A program made the translations under genes and the position numbers. The notes under the pieces were generated by a model. It had not been told where the DNA came from. It searched no databases and was given only the letters and a program-made list of their open reading frames with translations. This document shows, one piece after another, positions 51,745-64,000 of a DNA stretch of 64,000 bases. This stretch comes from Paraspadella gotoi (taxonomy: Eukaryota > Animalia > Chaetognatha), in assembly GCA_051294375.1 (NCBI GenBank), contig CM119271.1, positions 11,234,341-11,298,340 on the forward strand, written 5' to 3'. Positions within the stretch are counted from its first letter, which is position 1. Every line of letters begins with the position of its first letter.

Positions 51745-52007
51745 TTTAAGGGGCGGGGGCCAGCGCCAGCGGAGAGAGAATGCGGCTGATGTCTAGTCGT
51801 TGCTGCTACTACTGCTGCTTCTTGTAGGCTGTAGTTGTGATGTAGATGTACGCCACCAGCAATTGATTTGACCGTCGTTCAAAATTGTCTTCGTTTCAAA
51901 GTCCGTGTATTAAAATCGCGCAGCAGACCCTACCACCTCCGTAGATTGTGGAGATCGAAGACGACCGCCGAACTTTCTTTCTCGCCCTCCCACCTAACGG
52001 CCGAATC
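51745..52007 (-). other. Probable terminal coding exon of a minus-strand gene, frameshifted by sequence noise; second copy ~62808-63064
   Basis: GC-richer island after an acceptor-like ttggcAG/ttgcaAG. Combining both copies suggests ...YEVVG.SDFNTD..NEDN.DDVKI..GGDNIYITNYTLHQQQPVAATTRHQPHS..., followed by a long AT-rich UTR-like region. Confidence 0.4.
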
Positions 52008-53340
52008 TGCCAAATTAAAAACAAAAATAACATTTCGACGATTAAGTTTTAAGAAAAAAGACCATCGACATCGAATACAAACGTCTTAAGGCACACCGCA
52101 TTTCGCGTCCTGCCCTTTTGACCACCGCCATCATTTAGTTTCTTGATAAGCTAATATAAACATTGAAAACTTATGTAAAACTTTTTCTTCTTGTTTTTTA
52201 AACCTCTTCCGTGATTGAACCGCAGTTTGACACCGCGATATCCTACTCCCACGTTTATATTACGAGTTTCTTGATTAAGCTTAAAATAATATGAACTCCA
52301 TTTATGGTCCAGGAAATTAGTTTACTTCAGAATAATGTCCAAAATTATAAACGTAATATCTCCAATTGTGTTTCCTCGATTCAAAACGACAGCTCGATAA
52401 TGCAAACCCAAACGAAAAACAAAATCAATAAAAAAACAAACAAGATAAAAATCGCGAAGACTCGAAGAAAAAGCCAGGAAAAATGAAAGGATGGCGGCGC
52501 GAACGAAAAGGAGAAATTAAAAAAAAAAAGAATCAAGGAGATGCAAATCCTATTTTTAGCAAACGAAGACGATATCGACAAGAAGCACGAAAATTTTTGA
52601 ATGCCCGCTCGCGCCATTTTGATTTTGTAAGTGATAAAAAGATTATAATATATTATTATTCGCTAAAAAAATGCATAAAAACTATTAAATTTAAACTTCA
52701 CCTAACCGCTGCAATATTAACCGAAATTGATCAGCAGCAAAATTGCCACGACTTTATTTTAAGCGATATGCGAACAGCGTATGTATAAAAAAACCTTTTA
52801 TATTATAGTTTTACGTTACCTAATCACGATATAGATCGTTTTAAAAATATAAAAAAAATAACTAAATATATATAAATTATATATTTATATATTTATTTAA
52901 AACAAACTTAAGGTTTACCTTACTAATAACATTTATCATTATAAACTTATAAACAGGCAAAGTGACGGGGAATCTAACCAAACTGACCGACCAAAAAGTT
53001 TTATTTTATTAAATGCTCGCTGACGAAACTAAAACATAAAAAAAAAAACCGAAAAAAAAAGAAAAAGAATGAAAATAAATTTCGAGTCGAACGTTATGAG
53101 AATTCATAAACCGGGGGATCGACAATTTAGCCCCCGAGTCGGAGGGAAGATTATTGGGAGCGGCAGGAAGTCGGGAGCGGGGGGGGCGGGTGTTATGGCT
53201 GAGGGGACGAGGTTTGGATGGGGTTGTTGAAGTGGCGCAGCCGGGGTGTGGAAGTATTATCCTGCGGGTAGGAGAGAACACGAGATATGTTCATAAGAGA
53301 GATACAAAATTGAGAGACAGACGAGAGAAAGGAGGAGAAG

Positions 53341-53380
<40 letters not shown>

Positions 53381-54599
53381 AGATGCAGATAGATAGATGA
53401 GGAGATAAGCAGACGAGGGGAGGAGAAAGACGGAGAGAGGAGAAGACGGGGGAGAGAGAGAGAGAGATGAGGGGGATGGGAAGAGAGAGAGAGAGAGGGA
53501 AGAAAAATTGTCACGGTTCGAGCTCGCATGGGGAAAAGTTTCCCCATGAAAGGGAGGAAGGAGGAAGGAGAGAGAGCAGCAGAGAAAGAGAGAGAGACGA
53601 GACGAGAGAGGAGAGAGAAGGAGAGAGAGACGAGGAAGAGAGAGAGAGAGCAGAGATGAGGAGGAGAGAGAGAGGGGAGCAGAGCACAGACGGAGAGCAG
53701 GACAATCGCAATTGGCCTTTTTTTCCGCCCCCCGCATTTTTTTTCTTGCCATTCTCCTCCCGCACGGGAAATTAACGTCACTTTACTATATAGAATTTCA
53801 TAACCGGAAAATAAGATTATGGAAAAAGAACAAACGTAAACAGGATTAATGAAACGGGGTAGGAGAGAGAAAATAAGAAAGAGAGAGAAAGGAGGAAAGG
53901 AAAGAATGAAAGAAAGGAGCGAGAGGAAAATAGGAGAGAAAAAGGGAAAAAAGGAAAATAGCGAAGAAAGGCAGCGAAAGCAAAAATAGAGAAAGGGAGG
54001 AGGAAATAGGAAAAGAAGAAGAAAGGAGGAAAGAAAAAATAGAGAAGAAAAAGGAGGAATAGAAATAAGGAAGGTAAATGAAACGAGAAAGAAAGCAGGA
54101 AAAAAAATAGCGGAAGTAAAAGGAGAGAAAGGAAAAAAGTGAAAGAAAGTAGGAGAGAAAGGAGGGAAGGAAGATTAGAACGAAAAGAAAAGGAGGAAAG
54201 GTAAAGAAGAGTAGAAAAAGAGGACGAGAAAATAGAGAAGAAAACAAGCGAGGATTAGGAAACAGTAGGAAGAAAGACAGACAAAAATATACAAAACGAA
54301 AAACACCAAAAAAAAGAAAAAAAAAGAGAAATTTTAAAAAAAAATTGAAAACAGGATGAAAAATAGAATGAAAAACGAAAAATACCTTATTAATTAAAAA
54401 AAATATTCAAGTGGAAGGAAAAGTAAATAGGGAAAAAAAAACAGATAGTAGGACTTAATTGTGAACAAAAGTGAGCGTGACAATGACGAAAATATGAGCA
54501 GACAAGACTCGAGGAGAGAGAGAGAAAGAGAAGGAGTAGGAGAGCAGAAGAGAGAGGAGAGAGGAGATAGATGGAGAGAAGAGAGAGATGGAGAGAGAA

Positions 54600-55811
54600 G
54601 AGAGAAGAAGAGAAAAGAACCCGAGAGAGAAAGAAGAGAGAGAGTTGTCGCAGATTATCACAGGTTGTTAGAAGCATCGCGTATTGACAGAAGACGCCTG
54701 TCGCGAAGCTTTTCGACGAAATTCAAACAATGAAACTGGAACAAAAAACAAACAAAGAAAAACAAAGAAAAACAATAATCTGCATGTACAACGTGTTGCG
54801 CCGCAGTCTGTTTCTTTTGACGATTTATTTCTTGATGATTCACGCTGACCGCCACTTGTTGAAACATATTATACAACCAGTATCTTATGGTGTATTACTG
54901 CGCTAAATATGCCGCCAATCTTAATTTACATTATGCGTTAGACAATTGTCCTATACAATATATAGTATATATTTATAGTACCTTTGCTACTATGCGTATC
55001 TTCCCTCCTACTAATATGTACTTAATTTGATATGAAATTTTTGTACAACCTAATTATAAAAATTATCCATTCATTTAATAAATAAGCTTATCTTGCCCCT
55101 GACTATTGGCACAGGCTTTGGTGGTTTAAAAGGCCTCCATCACTCTGTACAGATAATGACATAGCAGCGTATCTCCTGCAATCTTTTTCATCAAAGACTC
55201 TCTCACAGTCTTTTATTCACTCCCAGAGTACCTGGCTCCCTATCAATGAAGTTGCGAAAATATTTCAAAGAATGTTTCACTTGTATGAAAAGACCACCTC
55301 CCTTAAGTATTAGATCGGGGAATACTTTATTGTACTCCGCCACTAGCATCATAAACCTACAAAGGAGCTGAATCTTTATGAAAATTGGCTTACAACCAAT
55401 TATAAAAATTAATCCTATTCATTTAATAAATAAGCTATCTGCCCCTGGACTTTGCCGACAGGCTTTGGTGGTTTTAAGGCCTCCATCACTCTTACATTTA
55501 CTCTTTATATTATTTATTAGTATTTATTACCCGAATTAATAAGCATTTAAATTCTATGTGGACAGCTCCGACCGGACAGAAAGACAGATCGACCGACCGA
55601 GCCCGGCAACAAGTGTTTTACAGAGTCTGCTCCTCGAGTACTCTGCGGCGCAACTAACTTAAACAAAAAGAACAACAACAACAACAAAAAAAGATGGGGA
55701 AACTTCGCCCGTTCGAGGTTTTCGATTGAAGCATATAATGTCAAAACTTGGATGCCACCAAATTGGATAACAAGCGATAAAGATTGCGGCTATGACTCTC
55801 TCTCTCTCTCT

Positions 55812-55842
<31 letters not shown>

Positions 55843-57329
55843 AACGCGCAACAAGAATTTTCGCGACGACGGTCATTAAGAACAAAAAAGCTGACGTTCG
55901 TCTCTTTCTTATTTTTTTTCCTTTTTTCTTCTTTATTTTGGCTTTCGATAAAATTTTAGGGAAAAAGCTGACATTTTTTTGTGTGTGAGAGACGGAAGAG
56001 ATAGACTGAGAGAGTGGAGAAAAGAGAGAGAAAGCAGTCGAGAGAATTTTTTTTTTTCTGAAATAAAAGAGAACAATAAATAAGAAGATTATAACGATTT
56101 GAAACAATATGACATTTAAACAATACAATGGAGTATGAGCAAGAACTATTTGCCACTAATGGCACTAAAAGTAAAAATTCAAACAATAAGGCATGGATCA
56201 TTCGACATTGCAAATTGGACAATAGCTATTAAGTATATCAATGAAAAATCATGCAGTAAATATTATCCATTATTGCGTTTTCCTAACCTTTACACTCAGC
56301 GCCATTTGCCCTTTTTTTTTTAAGTCATAGACAGAAACTTGGCAAATTGAAAACACACGATGTTGTAAATTACTATCATTATTGTACCCTTAACATTTTA
56401 TACTAGGCCATGCTTTTTTTTTTTATGTCATTAGACAGAAACTTTTTTTTTTTTGACGCATTCATAAACAGAAAGCATAAGTACCAGATTAAAATTATTG
56501 GGCAATGACGAGATAAGCGAAATTGCGAAAACAAAAAAGAAAGAAAAATTATTAGCAAGATAGAGGCTCACCCTATCACCAGGAACCTCTCTCTCCCCCG
56601 GGGCCTTCTCTTCCCCCTCTCAAAACGCCTCCTCCTTCCCTCCGTCGTCCCCTCCTCTTCATCCCCGGCAGTCACGGGATAGAGTCTTGGCGCCAGATCG
56701 GACTCACTCTTCTCAATCTTCTCCTCTCGATCTCGGGTCTGAATAACCTTCCCCTCTCCCCTTCTCTCCCTTCTACGTGTACCCTCATACCCTTTGTTAT
56801 ATCTGTTTTTCCTATTACCATTACATACTTACCCTACTCACCTCTTTTCCCTTGATAGGAGACTAGTTTAGAACCTACCTTTAGCTTAGATACCATTTCT
56901 TCCAAGATTAGATTAGATGTAAAAAAATATAAAAGAAAAAAAGAAAGAAAGAAAGATAATTAGGAGGGGCGGATTTCCTTTTAAAAAGAAGTCAACAATT
57001 TTCTTGAGAGGAGAGAGAGTAGAAAGAGAGAGAGGTAGACGAGTCGAGAGAGAGAGAGAGGAAAAAGAAAGGAAAGTTTGCTGTGTATTATAATAATAAG
57101 TATTAATTTATTCAGATTATAAGTGTCTAGACAGACACAAACGGACTATCCCTTAATCGAAAACTAAAATTCATTTTGATTAAAGCAAAGATGCTAACTC
57201 AGATATGTTTTATATTTTTTTAATTTTACATAAGACTTTGATTTAGTTGAAAAGCAGGATCAAATGCGAGGCTGGACCCAGAAACCAATGCCGAACGAGG
57301 AAGGACCAAAGAGCTCGCTCTCTCTCTCT

Positions 57330-57365
<36 letters not shown>

Positions 57366-58230
57366 TCTCTTCTCACTCCTCTCTTCTCATCTCCCTCTTC
57401 TCTAACAAAACGTTAATATGTGTCTGTTTTAAGTTTTAACACTTCCAAACTGGCCTCTCCTCCTCCATTCCTCCTCCTCTTCCTCCTTCTCTTTTTCTTC
57501 CCCCTCCTCTTTCNNNNNNNNNNNNNNNNNNNNNNNNNAATTTTAGTTTTTGATTAAGGGATAGTCCGTTTGTGTCTGTCTAAACTTATAATCTGAATAA
57601 ATTAATCTTATTATTATAATACACTTAGAAAGAGAGAGAGAGAGAGAGAGAGCAGAGACGTGAGAGAGTAGAAGCAGAATGGAGAGAGAGAGAGAGAGAG
57701 AAGAGAGAGAAAAGAAAGGAAGTGTATTTATAATAATCAAGATTAATTTTATTCAGATTAATAAGTTTAGGACAGACACAACGGACTATCCTATAATCAA
57801 AAACTTAAAATTCATTTTGATTTAAGAAAATGCTAACCTCAGATATGTAGGAGGGCTGGGACCATTCTCTTCTCTTTTTNNNNNNNNNNNNNNNNNNNNN
57901 NNNNCTCTCTCTCTCTCTCAAGAAAATTGTGACTTCTTTTTAAAAATCCTAATTATCTTTCTTTCTTTCTTTTTTTCTTTTTATATTTTTTGGTTTCCAT
58001 TTATCTAATAATTTTTCTTTCTTTTTGTTTTCAATTTCTCTTCTCTCACTCTTTCTCTCTCTTTCTCCCACTCTCTCTCTCTCTCTTTCCGTCTCTCACA
58101 CACAAAAAATGTCACTTTTTCCCTAAAATTTTATCGAAGCCAAAATAAAAGAAAAAAAAGGGAAAAAATAGAAAAAGACGACGTCAGCTTTTTTGTTCTA
58201 TGACCTCGTCGCGAAAATTCTTTGCGCGTT

Positions 58231-58289
<59 letters not shown>

Positions 58290-58950
58290 TGCCGCAATCT
58301 TTATCGCTGTTATCAATTTGGTGGCATCAGTTTGACATTTATCTTCCATCGAAACTCGAACGGCGAAGTTTCCATCTTTTTGTTGTTGTTGTTGTTCTTT
58401 TTGTTTATTAGTTGCGCCGCGAGTACTCGAGGAGCAACTCGAGGAGCAACTCGAGGAGCAACTCTGTGAAACACTTGTTTTCCGGTCGGTCGGTCGATCT
58501 GTCTTTCTGTCCGTTGGACTGTCCCACATAGATTTTAAATGCTTATAACTAGGGTAATAAATACTAATAATATATCAATTAAGTACATATTTAGTAGGAA
58601 GGGAAGATACCATAGTACCAAAGGTACTATAATGTATACTATATATTGTATAGCAATTTCTAACGCATAATGTAAAATTAATTGCGGCATATTTCGCGCA
58701 GTAATAAACCATAAGATACTGGTTGTTAATATGTTTCATACAAGTGCGGTCACGTGATCATCAAGAAATAAATCGGCAAAAGAAACACACTGCGGCGCAA
58801 CACGTTGTACATGCCGATTATTGTTTTTCTTTGTTTTTTCTTTGTTTTGTTTTTTGTTCAGTTTCCTTGTTTGATTTCGTCGAAACTTCGCACAGCGTCT
58901 TCTGTCAATACCGATGCTTCTACTCACTGCGACAACTCTCTCTCTCTCTC
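54600..58950. repeat. Inverted duplication (~54600-57010 versus ~57905-58950) around two short N gaps; the left copy carries three extra insertions
   Basis: For example catgtacaacgtgttgcgccgcagt (~54783) versus actgcggcgcaacacgttgtacatg (~58789). Segments ~55034-55506, ~56050-56520 and ~56556-56915 are absent from the right copy. Confidence 0.85.
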
Positions 58951-59897
58951 TCTCTCTCACTACATCTCTCACTTTCAAAGGACTCGACTTTTTAGATTCA
59001 AATGAAGTTTCCGAATATATTGTCTATGTCGCGACAATATTAATTGCCAAAAGTGGAGGGAAAACTTCTAATTTTAATGGTATGAAACAATTTAATAGAT
59101 TTAAAACTGTCTTTGATTCTCTTCGTTTAGCTATAGCGCAGCCAGTGGTAGTTACATTAGGGATATAAAATATTAGGGTGTAATTAAGTGTAAACTTAGT
59201 TAGGTGAAGTGATGTTTGTTCCGTCACTGTATGATTTATAAAAAAAAAACCTGATACAAATAAAAAGTTACAAAATATAATCTCTTTCTCCGCCTTTTCC
59301 ATTTCCTTTCCCAAACCCTTCCCCCTTTCCCTTGCCCCATATTTTCCCCCTTCCCCTTTGCACCACCTTCCCCCCTTCCCCCCTGTCCTCCCCTCTCCCC
59401 CCCCTTCCTCCCCTTTCCAATTCCGCCTCCCTCCTCCCCCTACCTGAAGATGGCGTTTCCTCGGGCAGTTCCCGTTTCCACTCGTTTGCGAGAAGCTCAT
59501 TGTCTTAACCATCCACCCATTATGGCGTCAGATCTCTCTCTTCTCTCCCCCCTTCTCTCTCTCTCTCCTCTCTCCTCCTCTCTCTCTCTCTCCTCTCTCT
59601 GCTTCTCCTCCTGTTGCTCCTTTTTTCCACTTTTTTTTCCCCTCGCGCTCCTTCTCGCTCGTTGACTTCCTCAACGCCATTCTCTCTCTCTCCTCTCTCT
59701 CTCTCTCCTCCCTCTCTCTCTCTCTTCCTCTCTTCTCTCTCCTCTCTCTCTCTCTCTCCCCTCTCTTCGTCTTCTCGCTCTCGCCTCGTTTGCTTTCCTC
59801 AAACCGCCATCTTTCGACTCAAACAGACGAGATGAGAACATTTTCTTTTTTTCCTTTATGGCCTTTTCGTTCTCTCCTCTCTCTCTCTCCTCATCTC

Positions 59898-59929
<32 letters not shown>

Positions 59930-60147
59930 GCTCTCTCTCTTCTCTGTTTCTTTCTCTCACTCTATCTGTTTGTCTGTCTGTGTATACGTCTTAGAATCTC
60001 TCTCTCTCTCTTCTCTCCTTGTCTTTTTTCTGTTCTAGATAATGTCTGTTTCTCGGTCTCTGTTCTGATTCTACAATATCGTTATAGCGAAGTTAATTCT
60101 GATTGTCTCTCCTTTCTGTTCTGTTTGTCGGTTATTTTTTGTCTCTC

Positions 60148-60207
<60 letters not shown>

Positions 60208-63200
60208 TTCTTCTTCGGAAAAATTTGACCGACGCTTCGAAAAAAAATTCCAATTGGCGGAAATATTATCGGCCTATTATCTTCAATATTCATTTCCTTA
60301 AATTTCGTTATTAAATTATTTCATTTATAGCGGAGGTTAGATTAGGGGATGAGCTTAAAGGATTAGGGGACAGCGATTTAGGCGTGATATTAAGCTTAAA
60401 AGGGATATAAGATCAGGAATTAAGTTTAAGGTAAGGAGGAAATTCCGTTTAGACTTTAAGGGTCAGAATATGGAGAGATTTTTGGAAAAAAAAAAAATAA
60501 GACCAGCTTCTTACTACTTGAAGAAGTTAATCATTCTTAACTTTTATTTTATTCATATTCAGCTAGATTTCTTTCCTCTAAACCTTCTGAAACTCCGCTT
60601 TCACTATTTCCTCTTATCTGTTATCTTCTAATTCTCTTAACATCGATCCATTCATCTTACAAGGCTATCTACATCCGTCTTCATCTCTTCCCTTAAATTC
60701 AATTCTAAACTATCTGTAATCTCGTATTTCACTCTATAACCAAATGCTTATCACATCCCGTCTTCATCTCATACTTAATTCCATTCAACCCATCTGCAAT
60801 TCTTTCTGGTGCCTTTTTCCTCACGAGAGGCGAAGAAGCGATTGGAATCCAATCACACTTTCTTTGTTTACGTTATCTTCACCAACCTCCTCCTCCCTCC
60901 TCCTTTCCTCCTGCCTCCTGCTTTTCATTAATTCTTCGCCAATCTTAATCCTTAAATTCCCACTCCTGTTTCTCAAGTTAATAATTTGATTCAAACCGGG
61001 ATTTGCGTAATTATCTTATATTTACAAGTTCCTTTCACGTAGCTTATTTCGGGAAATTTTCTGAAATATCATGCACTTCATGGGAAAGCCAGGTTTAGTC
61101 TGAGAGTGCCTAACGAGACTTAGAAGAAGTTTAGAATGTGAAAGCTTGGAGGGTTAGAGTGGAGCAATGAAGCAAAGAAATTAGATTTGAGTCAATTAAC
61201 AATAATATTTTTATGCGAGATGGCTATGATTATTGAATTACAAAAAGGTATTTTGTGAATATTGTTTCGGGAAACAGAAAAGCAAAAATACAATATATTT
61301 TATACTTATATAATAAATATTTTTTTTAAAATCTTAAGATTAACTGTTTTTATTTTTTGTCTAACTTTATATGAGAAATCTGAATCTTTAATAAAAAATT
61401 TTCAAAATTAATTTTTTTAAAAATTTTATTAAAGCATTCAATTTTCTCATATAAAGTTAGACAAAAGATATAAAACATGCTATCATAAATTTTTTTGTTT
61501 TCAGTGTCAAATTGGAAAAAAAAGGAAAAATTCTCAACTTTCACTCTTCTGAAGTCATAATATTATTGAATAAACCGTTTGTAGTCTTTTTTCGCAGCCT
61601 TTAACATTAAAAATACATATAGCATATTTATAAAGTTTTTAATTTTTTTTCTGACAAATCCGAATGGTGGATATTAAAATTTTTAAAAAATCATTGTTAT
61701 CTTTTAACTTTCCTTTTGAAGCGAAAATAATACACTAACATACATAACAGTGATGGAGGTCTTAAACCACCAAAAGCCCGTCCAAAGTCAGGGGCAAGAT
61801 AGCTTATTTATTAAATGAATGAATATTTTTATATTTTATGTTTATCAATTTCATTACTATCTTTCGATTCTTTTCTTTCATCCTGCCTGTAACTTTGTCA
61901 CGTACAATGCGTAGGAATAAAAACAATATTGTTTTGATTCTAACAAAACTGTACAAAGGATTAGTTATATTCTCTTCTTATTTTTAATTTTTTTTAAAGC
62001 GCTATGATTTACAGATTTACATTCAAAACTCGCGTAACAAACGTACAAAACTTTGGAAAAAAATACAAAATAAAAAATCTAATATATTTATTCATTAAAA
62101 AAAAATTGTCCATATAGTTATGAACAAAGATATATTTCTCATTAGCGACAATAGATTCCGAGACGATCCATAAAGGAAGTGGACGATTTAAAAAACAAAA
62201 CATAAAAAAATATATAAAGGAAAAACGAATTAGGCAAACGCGTAAAAACAAAACAACATATGACAAAATCATTGCGCATACACCGAGACTTGAGAAGAAT
62301 ACGACAGAAGTCTCGTTATTTTCGTTTTTTTGTTTTCATTGTTAAAAAAAAACAAACAAATTAATTAAATTAAAAACAAAAATAAATGCGGAGAAAACGA
62401 CATTAAAAAAAGAAAAGCACCCGATTATGATTCTAATAACGACACCGTTGTTTTTTCTTTTCTTTAACTTTCTTCAGGCGAAACGAAAAAAAAACTTTTG
62501 TATTTTGTTTTATATAAAACGAAATATTTGCTAATTTTGTCAAAAAAAAACCGGTTTTTTGTTTTTCGCGTTCTGTTTTTTTAAATTTCTTTTCTTTCTC
62601 TGAGAGAGCGAGCAGGTTTACGAAAACAGCTGAAATTACGTTTTACTGAATTTACTGTTTTACTCTTACATTCCCCCAAAAATTGTTGGGTTGAGGAGTG
62701 GCGTACCAAGGATTAAACGGTGCCGGTACGTTATAAAGGCAAAGAATCATTATTTTTTTTTTTTTGAAAGGATTCAATTTTGTAATTGAAAGATGAGGTT
62801 TGGGTCATCAATTGTTTGAAGGGCGCCGGGGAGCAGCGCCAGCGGAGAGCGGAATGCGGCTGATGTCTAGTCGTTGCTGCTACTGGCTGCTGCTGATGCA
62901 GCGTGTAATTTGTGATGTAGATGTTGTCGCCTCCAGAAATTTGATTTTGACGTCGTCCAAATTGTCTTCGTTTCAAGTCCGTGTTAAAATCGGAGAGACC
63001 CGACCACCTCGTAGAATTGTGGAGATCGAAAGACGACGCCCGATCTTGCACCTGACGGCGAATCTTGCAAATAAAAACAAAATGACATTCGACGATTTAA
63101 TTTAAGAAAAAAGACATCGCATCGAATACAAAGTTCTAAGGACACCGCATTCCGCGCCTGCCTTGAGTTTTGACACCGCATCAATTTAGTCTGATAAGTT

Positions 63201-64000
63201 AATAATAAACATTATTAAACTATGTAAACTTTTCTTCTCTTGTTTTTAAATGACACCGCCTTCCGCTGATTGAACACGCAGTTTTTGACACCGCGATATC
63301 CTACTCCCACGTTTATATTACGAGTTCTTATTAAGCTTAAAAATAATATGAACTCATTTATGGTCTAGGGAAATAGTTACTTCAGATAATGTCCCAAAAT
63401 TATAAAAACGTAGTATCTTCCAATGTTTTCCTCGATTCAAAACGACAGCTCGATATTGAAACAAACGAAAAACAAAAATCAATAAAAGAAAACAAAAGTA
63501 AAAACGGAAAGACTCGAGAAAAAGCCAGAAAAATGAAAGATGGCGGAAACGAAAAAGCCAGATAATAAAAAAAAAAAGAAATCAAGAGATGAAATTCGAT
63601 TTTTAGAAACGAAAACGAATCGAAAGAAGACGACAATTTTGGATGCGTCGCGCCATTTTGATTTTTGTAAGTGATAAAAATTATATATATATTATTTCGT
63701 AAAAAAATGCATAAAAACTATTAAATGAAACTTCACCTAACCAGCCTGAATATTAAACCGAAATGACAGCCAGCATTGCACGACTTATTAAGGATATGGA
63801 AACAGCGTATGTTTATTTAAAAAAACCTTTTTTGAAATTGTGACAACCAATATATTATATTTTACGTTACTAATCAACGATATAGATCGTTTTTAAAATA
63901 TTAAATATATAATATAATAAATATATATTTATATATTTATTAAACAAACTAAGGTTACCTTATAATAAAAACATTTATCATATAAACCTATAAACAGGAA

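Larger units (their letters stand above)
50610..64000. repeat. ~2.3-kb direct duplication (~50610-52960 and ~61745-64000), indel-rich
   Basis: Colinear blocks, e.g. gacaccgcgatatcctactcccacgtttatattacgagtt at ~52229 and ~63287. Confidence 0.9.

Overview
Gappy draft assembly of a eukaryotic genome, most likely an invertebrate animal. It is AT-rich, with abundant (GA)n/(TC)n microsatellites, GT-AG introns, degenerate TTAGGG-like tracts and N gaps. Nearly all ORFs in the supplied track are low-complexity or gap artefacts. Genes I can support by reading frames and splice phases: (1) a large + strand immunoglobulin-superfamily (IgSF) single-pass membrane gene with exons at ~940-1091, 2233-2351 and 10239-10445, probably continuing through a His/Thr-Pro-rich exon at ~21869-24034 and a Gln-rich last exon at 48801-48997; (2) a spliced gene at 26101-28319 that fuses a DZIP3-like HEPN domain with an intact RxxxxH motif to a six-bladed KLHDC1/2-like kelch propeller, which is the most notable item; (3) a 3-exon orphan type I membrane protein (39452-41392) with a possible divergent Ig-like ectodomain. 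Mobile DNA includes a decayed LTR element with a tRNA-Lys primer-binding site, minimal hammerhead-ribozyme motifs of Penelope type, a Helentron/DINE-like element, a TA-flanked MITE, tRNA-derived SINE heads and a structured 234-bp repeat that carries a tRNA-like module. Several kb-scale direct and inverted duplications differ mostly by indels and are probably assembly or haplotype artefacts. All family assignments come from manual motif reading; no database search was run.
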